Numbered from the stretch's first letter, positions 39,890 to 53,912 are shown. The stretch: DNA of 64,000 nt from Tubiluchus corallicola (GCA_030141605.1 JAQGDQ010000016.1:622282-686281); one strand, 5' to 3'. Notes: a model not told the origin generated them from the letters alone. Program-made: numbers and translations.

Positions 39890-41155
39890 GTCATTGCTCA
39901 TATATAAATATATGTATGTAGCTAAGTATATGCCCAGTATAAGTGTTATCAAATTGCACACGCAGCAGTCTTAATCACTCATATTAGAACTAATAAGAAC
40001 CGGAGATGCAAATCTAGACCTTTTCTCTGAATTGTATTAAATAACTTTACTCTTGAATCCATTGAAGCGAACCAGAAAGCAAAAACTTTTAGCGTGAGTT
40101 AACTGTAGATATTTTGCTCAGTTGACTTCACAGTTTTAATTGTATAGTTTTTCCTGATCACCAGTCACGCATTTGATGCATTGACTGTGAGTTTAGTTAG
40201 CTCAATCAGATTTATAAATTTTTGCATCATTGAAGCCTACTCACGCTCAACGACGTGCTAAATTTAATCTTGTCTAAATATGCAATGAGTTAGCCGGCAA
40301 TAAATCCAGCTCCAACACTTACGTCCGTTATAATAAAAAAACTGATTTAATGAATTGTTGTAAATTGTTCAAGTGCCACAGAGTGAGTTTACAGTAATTG
40401 GATTCTAGTTTCACACATTAACACTCGCATCAACTGGCAGTAGGAACGACGGAGTGCCAGTTGAGATTAGTCTAAATGCAAGTGTAATTAAAGCTAAGCC
40501 ACATTACTAGTGACAGTTTTGTAATTTGGACAGGGAGAACTCTATATAGACAAATTGCGTGGCGTACATTTTTCTTTTTTCTGTGATCCTTTGTTCGTCG
40601 CACTTTAGCATTTTTGTTTTCTCTGATCAGCTGACCTTTTCAAAATTTTGTGTTTTTGCTTTCATTGGTTAGGTGCTCCACAATAACACAACGTTTTTCT
40701 TGTTATTAGTTAGCAATATTTAAAAGGTATCAACTATTTTAGGTCGTTTAAAACAAATTTTTCTGTGCATAATAAATAGAAAATAATGCAGGGAACGGGA
40801 TGTGAACTAAGTTCATTTTGGTGCAAATGACTTTGGAACTTGTACTAGCTCGTCTCTAAAAAGTCAGAGAAACTGGGAACTTGGATTAGGTTCATGGGGG
40901 AACATTAGTCATGGGGGAACATGAATTCATTGTTTTTCTTGCAAAAAGATAGAAATGGAACTAATTCCTAATACGAGGGAGAGAGCTACTACTTTTCTAG
41001 TCGCGGGAAGCCAATCGAGACTAGGATGTAACTAAGGAGATAAGACGTCTATATGAATTCGATGCAAATATTTCTGCGCGCCTAAACTTCACGACAACGA
41101 AACATTGGTAACGTTAATTTTTATGTATCCATGTAAGAAATATCTAGATAAGAAT

Positions 41156-41265
41156 TTCTATTCTATTCTATTCTATTCTATTCTATTCTATTCTATTCTA
41201 TTCTATTCTATTCTATTCTATTCTATTCTATTCTGTTCTATTCTATTCCATTCCATTCTGTTCTA
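41156..41265. repeat. (TTCTA)n microsatellite
   Basis: Seen directly. Confidence 0.97.
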
Positions 41266-42119
41266 TAGTTATGTGCCTCATTTCAGATAATTTTCCTTGG
41301 CTAGATACATTCCGATTCTCCCACCACAACATCAGTGTTGTGAAATTTGGGTGGTACGTGCTAGACGCGCTTGAAGAACAACCAAAACAAGGGGAAAAGA
41401 TAAAAAACATTAAACCAAATAGTTTCTCGTAAAACATTAGCAGCTATAACGTAAACCACCTAAAGAATAACGTGAAATCAAAATTACGCTCCTCAACTTT
41501 TGTAACTATATTTACCGTTTAATTTTCAATCACCAACGAAATAGCATCTTTGTTAAAGAAATGTTGGCACTTTATTGTTTCATTGCAACATATTTGCGAC
41601 ATTGTGAAAATAGTTATATAAACTCGCCCAAAGAGGCAAAAAAATGTAACGTTATGCAATGCAGTAGTCAAAAACATCATTATTAGATCGTATGAATATT
41701 TGGCGTTCTTTTCGCTTTCTTTTTTACACTAACTTTGATGTGTGGCTGCAACTTGTTGCAGTTCAATACTCAGACACAGACAGATATTTCTGTTATTTGA
41801 TTTAGCGCCGTTTCTCAGCTTGTCGCGTCATTATTCCTCTCCTTATACAAAATTAGTTCCCCTGTGGGAACAGCAACAATTAAGCATATCAAATAAACTC
41901 GTGGTAATCGATAATCATTCTGATAATCATATCACCAAGTTTGCCGACGTTGTCACCCTCTTATTACGTTATTTGCATTACGGCCTTTGTTGTTAGCATT
42001 TGCCAGTATTTTTCAAAAGAGTTCTTGGAGACTTTAGTCTAGACTAGAGTGTTACAGCTAGAATTTTCATGTGCCCCGTTTATGTTTTAAAAAACTGCCC
42101 TTGTTGGTGAGGCAGTAAT

Positions 42120-42360
42120 GACTCATTTCGCCAGTTCACATTTCGCCCATCTATTATATTGCCAGTCTATCATTTTGCCAGTGTATCGTTTTGTCAGTTT
42201 GTGGTTTTGCCAGTCTATCATTTCTCCAGGGCATCATTTCGCCAGACGGCACTGGAGAAATGATAGACAGGCAAAATGATAAACTGGCAAAGTGATACAC
42301 TGCTGATATGGCATACTAGCGAAATGATAGACCGGAAAAACAATATGGTATACCGGCAAG
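42120..42360. repeat. Palindromic array (TTTTGCCAGTCTATCA units, then their inverse TGATAGACTGGCAAAA)
   Basis: ~16-bp units switch orientation at ~42250. Confidence 0.7.
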
Positions 42361-43239
42361 GTAGTTAACGTTGATTCACAAGAAACCAAGGTAATCTTCT
42401 GAGTAGGGTATTTACAGCATTTAGTACGTTTAGCATTTGCTTCACATAATTCAAACATCTTTTTGCGTTTCCAAAACGTTTTAATTTTAATTCTGAACGA
42501 TGTATGAGTATTTAAGAATGACAAAAAATCGCAAATGTGCTGCATGGTAATTATCAAAATTCCTCCTCACTGTGCAGAACCAAAGTGTCAAACTTTTAAT
42601 TAATAAGCACCTAACACGTAATACTTGCACCTGCAGTCCAGAATTGAATCTGGCACAGTACTGGGAATGCCCTCTCCGTAGAAATAAGATCAATTTTTCA
42701 CCTGTCCCCTTCCAATTTGTTTTATCAAAACTTAATTATGTACGCAACAATTCTGCGACTGAAGATTATAATTAAACTATCAGTGAATTGTCACATAATG
42801 TAGTATATACACTTATATTCTATTGTCTATTCTGTGCTCATATGGCTATTGTCACATGTGGGGGCTGTGCATATAGGGGACTCAACTAGCTCCGTCACGC
42901 AATTTCCTCACAGGATGTTTGTACACGTTTAACATGTACCCTGCCACCTATTGGAAACTACAGTAAATGCGAGAAAGAACAAGAGGCGAATATTTAGATT
43001 GCTCTGGGGAACGATCACCTTTGTATAAATGCAATTAGAAACCAGTTATTTACACAAGTACTTGTGGCTCATGAAGCGAAAACACCAAAATGAGCACATC
43101 CACCCGCAAAATATGAATTGATACAAAAGATACCAGGTAATAAACTTCTATTATGTAGTCAAGTCTCGATTCAATACTGCTGCTGTTACCCATGACGCCG
43201 TCGTCATACCAGTACTGCTATGTTTTCGTTGCTGCCGGT

Positions 43240-43860
43240 GCTGTTGCTACTACTCTTAGTACTGCTGTTCCTACAGTAAGTACTGCTGCTACTGTTTTTC
43301 TGCCGACACCGTTGCTGCTACTGTTCTTGCTTTTGCTGTTGTGCCTAGCTACTGTGTGCTACTGCTGCTGCTGCCTCTGCTGCCTCTGCACCTTACTGCT
43401 GCCTCTGCTGTTGTTACTGCTGTTGTTGTTGCTGTTGTCATTGCTTCTATACTAGCTTAACGGTTTTGCCACTGGCTCCAGTACTGCTGCTGGTTATGCT
43501 GTTGTTGTTGTTGTTATTGTTGCTGCTGCTGCTGCTGCTGTTACTGCTGCTGCTACTGCTGTTGTTATTGTCACTGCTTCTATACTAACTTAATGGTTTT
43601 GCCACTGGCTTCTAGTACTGCTGCTGCTACTTATGCTGTTGTTGTTGTTGTTGTTGTTGTTGTGTTGTTGTTGTTGTTGTTGTTGTTGTTATTGTTGTTG
43701 TAGCTGCTGTTGTTGTCGCTGCTTCTGCTGCAGCTGCTGCTACTGCTGCTGTTGTTGTTGTCACTACTTTTATACTAGCTTAATGGTTTTGCTAGTGTCT
43801 CATAGTGCTGCTGTTGCTGCAGATGCTGTTATTGTTTTTGCTGCTGCAGCTTTCCCAGTA
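43240..43860. repeat. (TGC/TGT)n low complexity containing three copies of a ~55-bp unit
   Basis: GTCA(T/C)T(G/A)CTT(C/T)TATACTA(G/A)CTTAA(C/T)GGTTTTGC at ~43437, ~43570 and ~43760. Confidence 0.8.
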
Positions 43861-46800
43861 ATCCATTGCTTTTGCCACTAGTCCTATTACGGTTGCTTCT
43901 AACTGTTGCAACTGCTTGTTGATCCACTGCAACTGTCGCCACTCTTTGTGTTGTTGATGCCATCACGAGCGCCACCCCGACACAACTACTTCTGTATTCT
44001 AACTGCTAGCAAACCCTTACTACACTAATTTAAAGCGTAACTTCCCGCCTATTTTTTAAAGATGTAAAAGTTGAGAGTGCGTTGTTAGTACTGCGTTTGT
44101 GCGAAAGGAACCAAATTTGGTAATTTCTCGAACAACATATCTGCCTTAAACAAGTATCTAGTTGTCGCTTGTACATCGCGTTAATATTTACTGGGTTTCG
44201 CTTGCCGCTATATAAAATCATAGCCAGAATGTATTAATAACAGTATAGCGTCTCTTTCGCTAAAAACTCGATGGGATTCAACACCGCTCGCCTTGTACAA
44301 ACCTTACACTATGTGGTCGATTTTGAACACTGCTCACTTCCGACTGTTAATCAACAGTTTGATTAATATTGATGGCTTGCGTTGTCTGGATTGATAGCGC
44401 TGAAAAGTTTGTTTTTGAAGTGCAGATGACGACAAGAAATAAAAGCTATGTTGACATTATCGGTTGGAGCGCAAAATTACTCAAGCCGAACCAATATGAA
44501 TTTTTTCGAACAGATATGTAAAGGGCAGAGCCGTGAACACATACAAAACATGTGTCTATTTAAACCTTTGATTTTGGTCATAGATAGTTGTGGAATTAGT
44601 GGCAACGCAATTAAAACTATCGTCGTAAGCCAAGCCTTGTTAAATTGTGTAATAGTCTCTCTGTGGACAGGTAACGGCAAATTAATCCAACAAAACTAAC
44701 AAGAACGGTTCACCTATTTCCTCGTTATGGCGTCTATGTTTCTTCCTAATGTAGTGGGACTTAGCTTGAGACTTTTTCAGTATTGAGGAATAATGAGGTT
44801 TACCTTATTTCCCGTTAGTCTATCATAGCAGGGATTACTTTCGCCACAGCGCATCGCTACTTATGGTTCAGGTCAATTCAGTTCAGCACAACTCAATTTA
44901 GTTTGGGAAGTTTAATTTAGTTTACTTTAGTTTGAGAATTCTATTTAGGCATCTACTGGTAGAAGTCTAATCCCACAGCCTACTTGCATAGGTCCATGCA
45001 CTGGTCACTCAGTGTATTGTTTCTCATTGTTTTAAACGTGGTTAAAACTAAGCTTGGGCCAAGACTACGAGTAGTGTATATTGTTGGCGTAGTTGTTGGC
45101 AATAAATGAGTCATTTAAACAATTGACTAAATAAGCATTGACTAAATATAGTCTCTTCAGCATTAAATCTTTGCGCTTCAGAACAGGGGCTTAGTCCAGT
45201 AAACTAAATAATGATGATATCAAAAAATATTATCATGTCTAAGATCAGTTTACAGTTCCGTAATAAACTATTCGTAATGTCACATACCGTTGCACTGAAC
45301 TCATTTTCTGATTCTTTCGTAAAGCAAATCAACGTAACGATGGGCGTTTACGCGTTTTTTAACAATAACAATTTAAATATGTCGTTATTTCAATGATTTT
45401 CGTTATTGCTAAGAGCTAAAATGTTTGTGCAGCCAAAAACTAGATTTTAGAATTTTATTTTTCCGACAATACACATTCAAAATTTAAAACAGTACAATAA
45501 AATAATAAAAAGTACAAACATACAGATTAAAAAAACCTGTACAAAGACGCAGACGAAAAGAATAATTAGTAAAGCAAATAAAATGCGAAAGTAATAGATA
45601 ATAGTTGGAATCTTAATCTCAAAAATGTCGTTGACTCTTTCGCCTTTTAGACAGAAAATACAATTTTGGTCAAAATCACTTGTGTCCCAGTGCCTCGTAA
45701 AACCAGTTTTGTGCACGTGCTTCGACATACAAAAATGTCGAAATAACAGCTGTATGCAATCGCTTACCATTGTTGTTAACATGCTTTATGTAATTTTGGA
45801 ATAACTGCGTAAATACCAAGAAAAAGTTGCTGTCATTGCTAACTGAAATGGACAAACAAAGACAGAGGATTCTCTGATGTATACAAAGCTACCAGCTGCA
45901 GGATTTCCCATGTTTGTAAAGCGTTCTTACGTCTGCTTTGCCCATATTTTAAATAATCTGTTCCAGCGTCCTGCCTGATATGGCCGAGGAATTCATTCAA
46001 CTCGTCATGCTGTTAGAAAATGCAAGTAACATCAAAAGTTACAGTTCACTGTATTGTCAAAAAGCTCTTTTTAAATCACCACTTTTCGGCAAATCAATGC
46101 CTTCAATGGAATTAGTAAATAAATTTAATTACAGCCATGAGATGGTGAATGCATGATAGATGCTTATTTGTGACCTCTTTACAACTACATTTTCTGATCA
46201 CCTTTTGTGACCAGGGAGGGTGAGCCTAATAAGTATGTAATACGTATTATGCATTAAGCAAAGTTAGCAGTAAGGAAACGTCATCATCATCGCCGTCATC
46301 GTCATCATCAACATCGTCATCACCATCATAATCATCAATATACTTACTCATCAAGTTACAATGTTCGCATGTTAAAAATGTGTACGCTAGTTAACAACGT
46401 TTCTGACGTGGCCAGAAACTGAAGTTTGTTCAAAACGATAGTTACAGAATTAAACATTGAAATGACGTCAACCTTTTGTTTGAATGTTTTAATATTGATT
46501 TTATTTAATTCACATTGCTTGATTATCTATGAATTCCACTCTGCAATGAAATCGCAACCTATTGCTTTTCGATCAGTAACCTGTGGGTCAAGGTCAATTA
46601 TTCTCCTTTCAACTTTTACCATTTAATTAATCTCATCGAGATCTTTGATTTGAAATATTACTAGCTACTGCCGCTTCTCGCTGGAAACATTTGTCGCCCG
46701 TTCTCTATTTCGCCCCCTAGTGGGGTCACACATCAACACCAAGCTCATTGTAACCATACCGCTCGATTCGTCTCACCGACATTTTATTTCACCTCTAATG

Positions 46801-49769
46801 AAGTGGCCGTCAAAGGGGTTAGTTTCTGAATGGAAGCCAATTTCAAGAGTTTGACAATATCAAGAATATCAGTTTCAAGAGTTTGAAGACATGACAATGT
46901 ACGCTATACTGACATTTATTGTGTGGAACAAAACAGTCAAAAAAGTAAAACAGCTAATATCGACAGGATAAATTTGACTGGTTTGTTTTCAAATAAGAAT
47001 GGATTCATTTTAATAGAAAGCAGAGTGTGGGCTTCTGAAAACAAGAGACGGAATTCAGTCGTGATGTTTCTTGGATACTCAGACTTATACAGGTCTGAAG
47101 CTCAATCGGATATCAGCAAAATGGTACAGTAAATTCCATGATTTCGGAACGTAGCATTATTGGCATCCCTTGCTCATTATTAAGAAAGTGTGGAAATGTG
47201 TAAACGGCCAGTGTTCAGATTGGTCTGCAAGTATCTGAACAAATTTTTGCTAAAATAAACTGCCACGGAGCTCTAGGATGCATGCATGTACAATTAGGTC
47301 TGTGCACTGGCAGCACTGTACTACACCACATCAACATTTAGCTCTTCAATATGAATGTGTGCTTACACAAAATGCTTACAATCCATCGAGAGCTTTGTCT
47401 GCGGATTCGTTTTTGCGTACGATTCTGTCTACTACAAGTTGGAATCCATCGCATACTGCAATTTGCAAATGCTGATGGCTGTGGCAGGAAGTTTTCAAAA
47501 GTAGTAGTCTAAGATAAGATACTAGCCACTTTCGGGTGCACATCCATGCTCTCTCAACACATTAAATAGCCGAAGGCAGAAGCAATTTTCCTGACAGGCC
47601 CTGTGCATTTGTCTTAATTTGTACTTTTCTTGACAAACCCATCCATTTACTGGCCATGCCTGGCGTTATTTAACTTAACGTTGAACCAGCTGTTCTAACT
47701 GGCCACCTTAGTTAAATGTTTACGTAGTCTCATCGTCTTAACATTTGCATACGTAAAAATGAAATGAATTCATCGAAGAAGACGGAATTTGCTGAGCCCT
47801 CGCAGCAAAGTGTTTTGTTGCAGATGGAGCAATTACTGCCCTAGAGTGAATGTGCATTTCGTCTTATTTCCTAGAATATATCTTGATTTATCCAACATTA
47901 TTGTTGTTTCTTTGTCCCAAAATAAATTTTGCAAATAAAGCACAAGGCACATTGTTCCCGCAACATTTTCGAGACCAGGCACGTCCAACCTTACATTGTT
48001 AAAGTTATGCCCGAAGCCGAATACTGTCTTGTCTAATTGAGGTTTCTTCGCGAATTGCATGGCTTCGTAAAGCAACGTTCAAATAATAATTAAGAAAATA
48101 ATCATTGCCATGACTATGTTAGCCTGCCGGGCTGTGCAAGATGTGTAATTAAAACTCGCAAGCAGACAAGAAAGACACTGGAAAACTGCCTAAGTTAAGT
48201 AGTATGGTTTAAAAATAAATGATGTATGACTTTTGGGTTACGAAGCCTATTTAGATTCAATAAATACTAGCCAATTTGTAGAACTTGATTTCCCAAATCC
48301 CGGTTGTCATGTATGTTTAGACGAATTCACGACGCTTTTTGTAACAACTTTAGTTTAGTTTGAACTTTATTTAATTATAGTGGATTTACAAAACAGGCTG
48401 CGTCTGATACAGGTATCTCCACGGTGCAAGTACTGAGTGCAAAGTGCTAATAAAAGAAATGGGCATCACAGTTAATAATTTCACACTCGATTCGATAAAA
48501 CATTTGACTCAGTTACAGTCAGCAGATGTTGATAACTTACATACAAAAGCATGACAACTTACATAACAAACAAACGTTACTTACATAACAATTTTATGGC
48601 TCTAACTAAAATAAAAAGATCGTTTGCTATTGACGTATTTATTTTGTGATTAAAAACCTAATATAGAGGTCATCACTGTCAGAGAGGTACAAGCTATAAG
48701 TTATTCAAGCATTAAATACTATAGAGTTTTAAATAAAATCAGGAAGTTGGAATGATTGATCAAGTCTACATATTTACTCGACTAATTTAGAATACTGATT
48801 TAGCATGTGTTACATAGATTAGCACTATTTAATTAATTGCATTAACTAGAATTACATTAATTAGAATTACACGGTGGTTCATAAAATGTTGCTAAGGGGA
48901 TAAAATAAAGAGTAATAGTACAGAACAATTTATTACACCAAAGCACTACCCAAATAATAGCGAATCTATCATGCCTTCAATTTGGTGTGGAAGCCTGCAA
49001 TCTTCAGTTGTGCCTAGTGCAGTGACTCGACAATCCTCCAACACATCTTGCAGATGTCTCAGAAGCGTATCCGTTGAATACTGATCATTGGCATGTTTTT
49101 TTATTATCTTTGTTTCCACTCTGTCCTTCGGGATAGCTCCAAAGTGTTTGACGGAGTTGAACCGGTGGCGTTGAATTTCCAGGCTTTTCCATTTAATCGA
49201 AAAAATTAAACCCAAAGTTTTCAGGTCACTGCTCGGATCATATTCCCCTCAAGATCGCAGACTGTGCGAGATGCATGTGACTAAACTTTCAGAGCGCAAT
49301 AGATTCTCTGTTGTTTCGCAACTCCTTTGATGTAGTAAAAACGTTCTACATTGTTCTCTGTTTTTATACACCGCCACTAGCAAAAGGTTATGACTGTATC
49401 ACCCTGCATTGCTCGTTCATTTATTACACGAAATGGTCAGAATTTTTTGCCATCCTACAGGCATTTGAAAGCACGCGTATTTGTATAATTTAACACGTTG
49501 CTATACCGACACATAGCTTTTGTGATTTTACTTGTCGGGATATACGGCATTTAACTTAAGAGTATTTACACTTGTATTTTGTCATTAGAGGATTATTGTC
49601 ATACCGCATCAGCAGTAATAATCACTTGTGAATTTGAATAATTATCCTCTAGGTTTCAAGTTTTAAATTTGCCACAGTTTTTATTTGGCCGATCAATTTT
49701 GGTTACACAACTAAAATCTAAGTTTACCATCTCCCTGTGCAAATATTTTCATTTCTGGTATTTTTTAGT

Positions 49770-51464
49770 TTAAGAACACCATCGTTCCTTACAAAATGTT
49801 TCCAACATTTCCCAACCTTTACTGGGGTTGTTTTGATACTTTCTTATCCAGGCATCAAGCAGTAAATTACTATAACGTTTTTGCTCAAAGTATTTTGAAT
49901 ATTTATGAGATGCTAGACTAGGAAAGATGCGCTCGAACCCCCCTCTTCGGCTGTGCTCATCCTCTGCTTCTACTAGTTCACGCACATCAGCTGGTGTGAG
50001 ATCATCTAGAATATGAGATTCTATTTCCTCTTCTGATGCGTTCCCTGTAAAGTGTTGACGTTTTGTTTCTTCGTATGGCATCAAAGTTGAACTATACAAT
50101 GGCTTTGGTACTATGGGTCCAATAGCCTGTTCAAAATGGTCCGAAAACGTGATACTTTCATTAACATGCACCGTCGATGTTCCTGGTAAACGGTAGCCAG
50201 CTAGGTTTTGCCAGTCTTGCACCATTTCTCCGAAAATGTCGTTTGCAAATCCAGTAAACGTGTTGACTTCCAATAACCATGGATTCAGTTGGTGATCTAG
50301 GATGATATCGTGTCCATATAGTTCACTGCACGAGTAAGAGCTTTTCGCGTGGGTATTCATCATTTTGTACAAAACTGATTCACAACTAATAAATTGCTTG
50401 ACAATTATGTCTTTTATTCGCTCCCAGATAAGCTTAGTATTAATGCCTTTCTGACCCAAATAACGCCACAAATCTTGTAAACTCCACACGTGTCTGGAGC
50501 GAACAAATTTTCGGCTTTTTTTCTGAACTGACGGATTTGTAATATGAATAAAATAGTCAAGTGAGTGACTGGAATATCGCTCCGTGGAAAATCTAGCAGA
50601 CCCAAGCTCATGGAGGTAGATCTTCAGCGGTTCTAACGACGAAACAAACACAAATACCCTCAAATCAAACTTGAAACCGTTGATAAGATATGGCTTTGAT
50701 ATATACTTTTGAACAACCACTTTCTGTTTTGGTAACTTTTTCATTGAATCGATGACTGCAATGCCTTTGCCTCTTCCTCTGTTTCTCGGTTTATAAATCC
50801 ACAGTCCTGGATTTTTATGACCGTAATAGTGCTTGTGAAATTCCAGTAGTTCTTCTGGTAAAACAAAAGTTTGTGGCACAAAATTAAATTCGTCTTGTCC
50901 ATGTGTTTTCTTCATAATTTTCATATTTTGCCAGAAAACATCTTTTCTCATAGCTTCTTCTTGTGAACCTGGAAACTGGTTAAATTTTCTATTTCTGTAT
51001 AGAACTGGCAATTTCGGTCTAAAGAAATCCGAGTTTGCATAAACTATCCAGTCGTCGGCACTTGTCATCTGAAAATTCGAAAGTAGCAACATATTTTTCA
51101 AGTATCTGACACCTCCGTGAACATAGTTTCCGCTAAACCTCCACTTAAGCTTTTTTTTAAAATGACTTGGCAGTTCTTGGACTATTTGCCCACATAAGCC
51201 AAAGTTGATGACTGGTGCAACATCAGAAAAAAGGCTTGGAATGAGAGCAGGAATATTTCGCGGACAGGACGTATCTGCGGTTTCGGCGCTAGTGTTCCGT
51301 TGCGCAGTCAGGCTAAATTCCTGAAATGGCAGTGGCATCTCTTTCACAGGTTTAAAATTTCCTACGGCAGCTGAGACGTGTCGGTTTAGCAGTAATGAAA
51401 TGCTTACGGCGAGTGGAAATCGTAACGATTTAAAATAAAACAGCAGCAAGAAAAAAAATATCAT
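49770..51464 (-). CDS. TTLL4: Intronless TTLL4-like tubulin/protein polyglutamylase (ATP-grasp), divergent, 564 aa
   Basis: TTL motifs FNQFPGS..RKD, FVPQTFVLP, WIYKP...RGKGI, VQKYISKPYLING.KFDLR, HITNPSVQK and ELYGHDIILD...PWLLEVN. TTLL4-type flanks PSLFSDVAPVINF and LTPADVRELVEAEDE.SRRGGFERIFPS. In-frame TAA lies 8 codons upstream of the ATG. The symbol means TTLL4-like. Confidence 0.85.
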   Translation of the reverse strand: MIFFFLLLFYFKSLRFPLAVSISLLLNRHVSAAVGNFKPVKEMPLPFQEFSLTAQRNTSAETADTSCPRNIPALIPSLFSDVAPVINFGLCGQIVQELPSHFKKKLKWRFSGNYVHGGVRYLKNMLLLSNFQMTSADDWIVYANSDFFRPKLPVLYRNRKFNQFPGSQEEAMRKDVFWQNMKIMKKTHGQDEFNFVPQTFVLPEELLEFHKHYYGHKNPGLWIYKPRNRGRGKGIAVIDSMKKLPKQKVVVQKYISKPYLINGFKFDLRVFVFVSSLEPLKIYLHELGSARFSTERYSSHSLDYFIHITNPSVQKKSRKFVRSRHVWSLQDLWRYLGQKGINTKLIWERIKDIIVKQFISCESVLYKMMNTHAKSSYSCSELYGHDIILDHQLNPWLLEVNTFTGFANDIFGEMVQDWQNLAGYRLPGTSTVHVNESITFSDHFEQAIGPIVPKPLYSSTLMPYEETKRQHFTGNASEEEIESHILDDLTPADVRELVEAEDEHSRRGGFERIFPSLASHKYSKYFEQKRYSNLLLDAWIRKYQNNPSKGWEMLETFCKERWCS

Positions 51465-51884
51465 GTTGTTATGAACGCCAGATGATTATTTAAACTCATG
51501 CAGATAGTATACACACTAATTAAATAAATTAAGCAGCAGCAACAAAAATAATCTCATGCTGCACACACGATGATTAATGTTAATTTAAATATATTAACTC
51601 ATATAGACACACACTGCAAAAATATTTCTCACTATGTACGTCTGACTGATGCGTTAGTAGTTATAGTAAAATATGAACCTAGCTGTGTACTGCAATTTCA
51701 AGGGTCATTGGCCTCTAAACAATTGGAATGTCGAGTGTCGACATTCTAAAGTCTGTCGAGAAATTTCGCTATGATTAATGGTAAGGCACGCCCAGTACTA
51801 AAGGTGTAGAAACTACATCTAAAGAAAGGCATAAGAGCATTTTTGAGCTTTCTAGTTTTGGATAAGCCGATGCATATTGGAGGC

Positions 51885-52215
51885 CTTAAGTTTGGTACTA
51901 GTAAGTTTGGTACAGGTAAATTTTGTTCTGGTAATTTTGTTCAAGAAAGTGTTGGTATCTGGAAAATTTGCAACTAGGAATTTTTGATCCGGGGAAATTT
52001 TAGCGCTTGGAAAACTGTGTCCATGGAAAAATAATTTAATGTGATACTGAATACAGCACTGGCAAAGTTTTGTCAAGTATTTTTGGTACAAGTAAATATA
52101 GTACAAGGCAAAAATGGTACGGAACAGGTTTGGTGTTGGGAAAGTTTAGTACTACAAAATTTTGGTACTAGGATAATTTGATAGAGAGAAAGCTTGGTGC
52201 AAGGAAAATTTGGTA
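51885..52215. repeat. Degenerate TTTGGTAC(T/A)GGAAA ~15-bp array
   Basis: Recurring AATTTTGGTAC-like units. Confidence 0.6.
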
Positions 52216-52859
52216 GTTAGTACTAAGAAAATACTTTTTATATAAACTACTCGAAGAAGTTCTAGATATTGTTGTACTTGTCTTTATTTGACTTTTTGTT
52301 CGTTTTTCTGTTGTTGTTTGTTTCGTCCAACGTCATTGTTGTTGCTGTTGTTTGTCTGTTTATTGCTCGTTCACTTTCATTATCATCATCATCATTATCA
52401 CCACTGCTGTCATCATTGTTACTTTTGCAATTTTGTTGCTGTTATGGTTGCTGTTCCCAATTGTCATTACCGTTGTTGTTGCTTTGCTGTTGAATTTGTT
52501 GTCGCTGTTATTGTCGATGTCATCGTCCCTGTTGCTGCTGCTGCTCTTGTTGTTGTTGCTGCTGCTATTGCGGAAAAATCCTTTATCGTATGGTTTTTCG
52601 TGTATATTGGTATAGTAACCAAAATAAGCAGCAAAACAATTCAAATCAAACTCAAACCAAATATGGAGAAATTACAATGGCACAGTATAATATATACCAA
52701 CGTATTAATTCAACATTCGTGCTAACCTTCTTACTTTCATCTTTGAAGTTTTTCGTTAATTGGTCACTGCACCTTTGCTGAATTGATTTTGCTTTATTTA
52801 TATTTTGGCTTTTATTTTGCATAAATTTTACATTAATTTCATTTTCTATTGCTGTTGTC

Positions 52860-53032
52860 CTTTGAGCTCTTCCTAATATAAATTATGTTGTCCTCCCGCC
52901 ATGTAATGTGGCTAGTAGCTGCATTATATAGGGATGACAAACTAGATGACCGCTGCCTTTCGTCATCCCGTCCTTCTTTTCTTTGTAAATTATTATGCAT
53001 TGTAACCTAATTTTTTAAAGCAAATAAACTTT
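52860..53032 (+). mobile_element. LINE/SINE 3' tail with stem-loop
   Basis: GGGATGAC...GTCATCCC stem followed by AAATAAAC. Confidence 0.45.
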
Positions 53033-53739
53033 GGTGATTCTGACTATGGACTTGTTTTCGCCTCAGTTTTCACTATGAACTTGACGAAATAAACAAATAT
53101 GAAAATAGTTGTTTATTTCCAAAGCAGCAAAAAAACTTAATGATTTCATGTCAGCACTTGATCATCTACAATTCACAAGCGATTCTCAATTATGCATACT
53201 ACATGGCACAGTAATTCTGTTTAAACTACAGTTACAGTTACCACTGCCTCTCAACATGTATTTAGTAACGATTATACTGAGCATCGACATGAAAAGCCAT
53301 AAGTAGAGCTATTAGCAGCATTTAGCTCGGCCTTATTACCTTTTTCACCAAGTGTATGTAAGATTAGGTTAGATTTACATATCGGACTTCATCTTATGGA
53401 CGAGGGCGCTTAGTATTCAGCTTATTCTCTCTTCAGATATACATAACCTGAAGAGACACAGAATAAACTCTTTTCAAGTATTTTTTTGGTTCATGTTAAA
53501 ATCGTGTCCAGAGTTCTCATAGAAACAACATTTTTTTATGAAAGTTCATGTGCGGCCCTCATAACTTTTTGGCACATTTTGAAGGTTACCTTTTTCGGCA
53601 CGAAGCACCGAGAGATTCAGTGAAAAAGCTGAAACAAACTTTACACTAACTTAGCACTTTATGCTTTTTGTTCAAAAATGCATCACAATTCAAAAGAAAT
53701 GCTTTTAAACATGCTAACTGTCTAGAAGGAGGAGGCGGA

Positions 53740-53794
53740 GGATGAAGATGATTGTGGTTGTGATGGTGGTGATGGTGGTGATGATGACAGTGGT

Positions 53795-53831
<37 letters not shown>

Positions 53832-53881
53832 ATGATGATGATGACGAAGACGACGACGACGATGGTGACGGTGCTACTACT

Positions 53882-53912
<31 letters not shown>

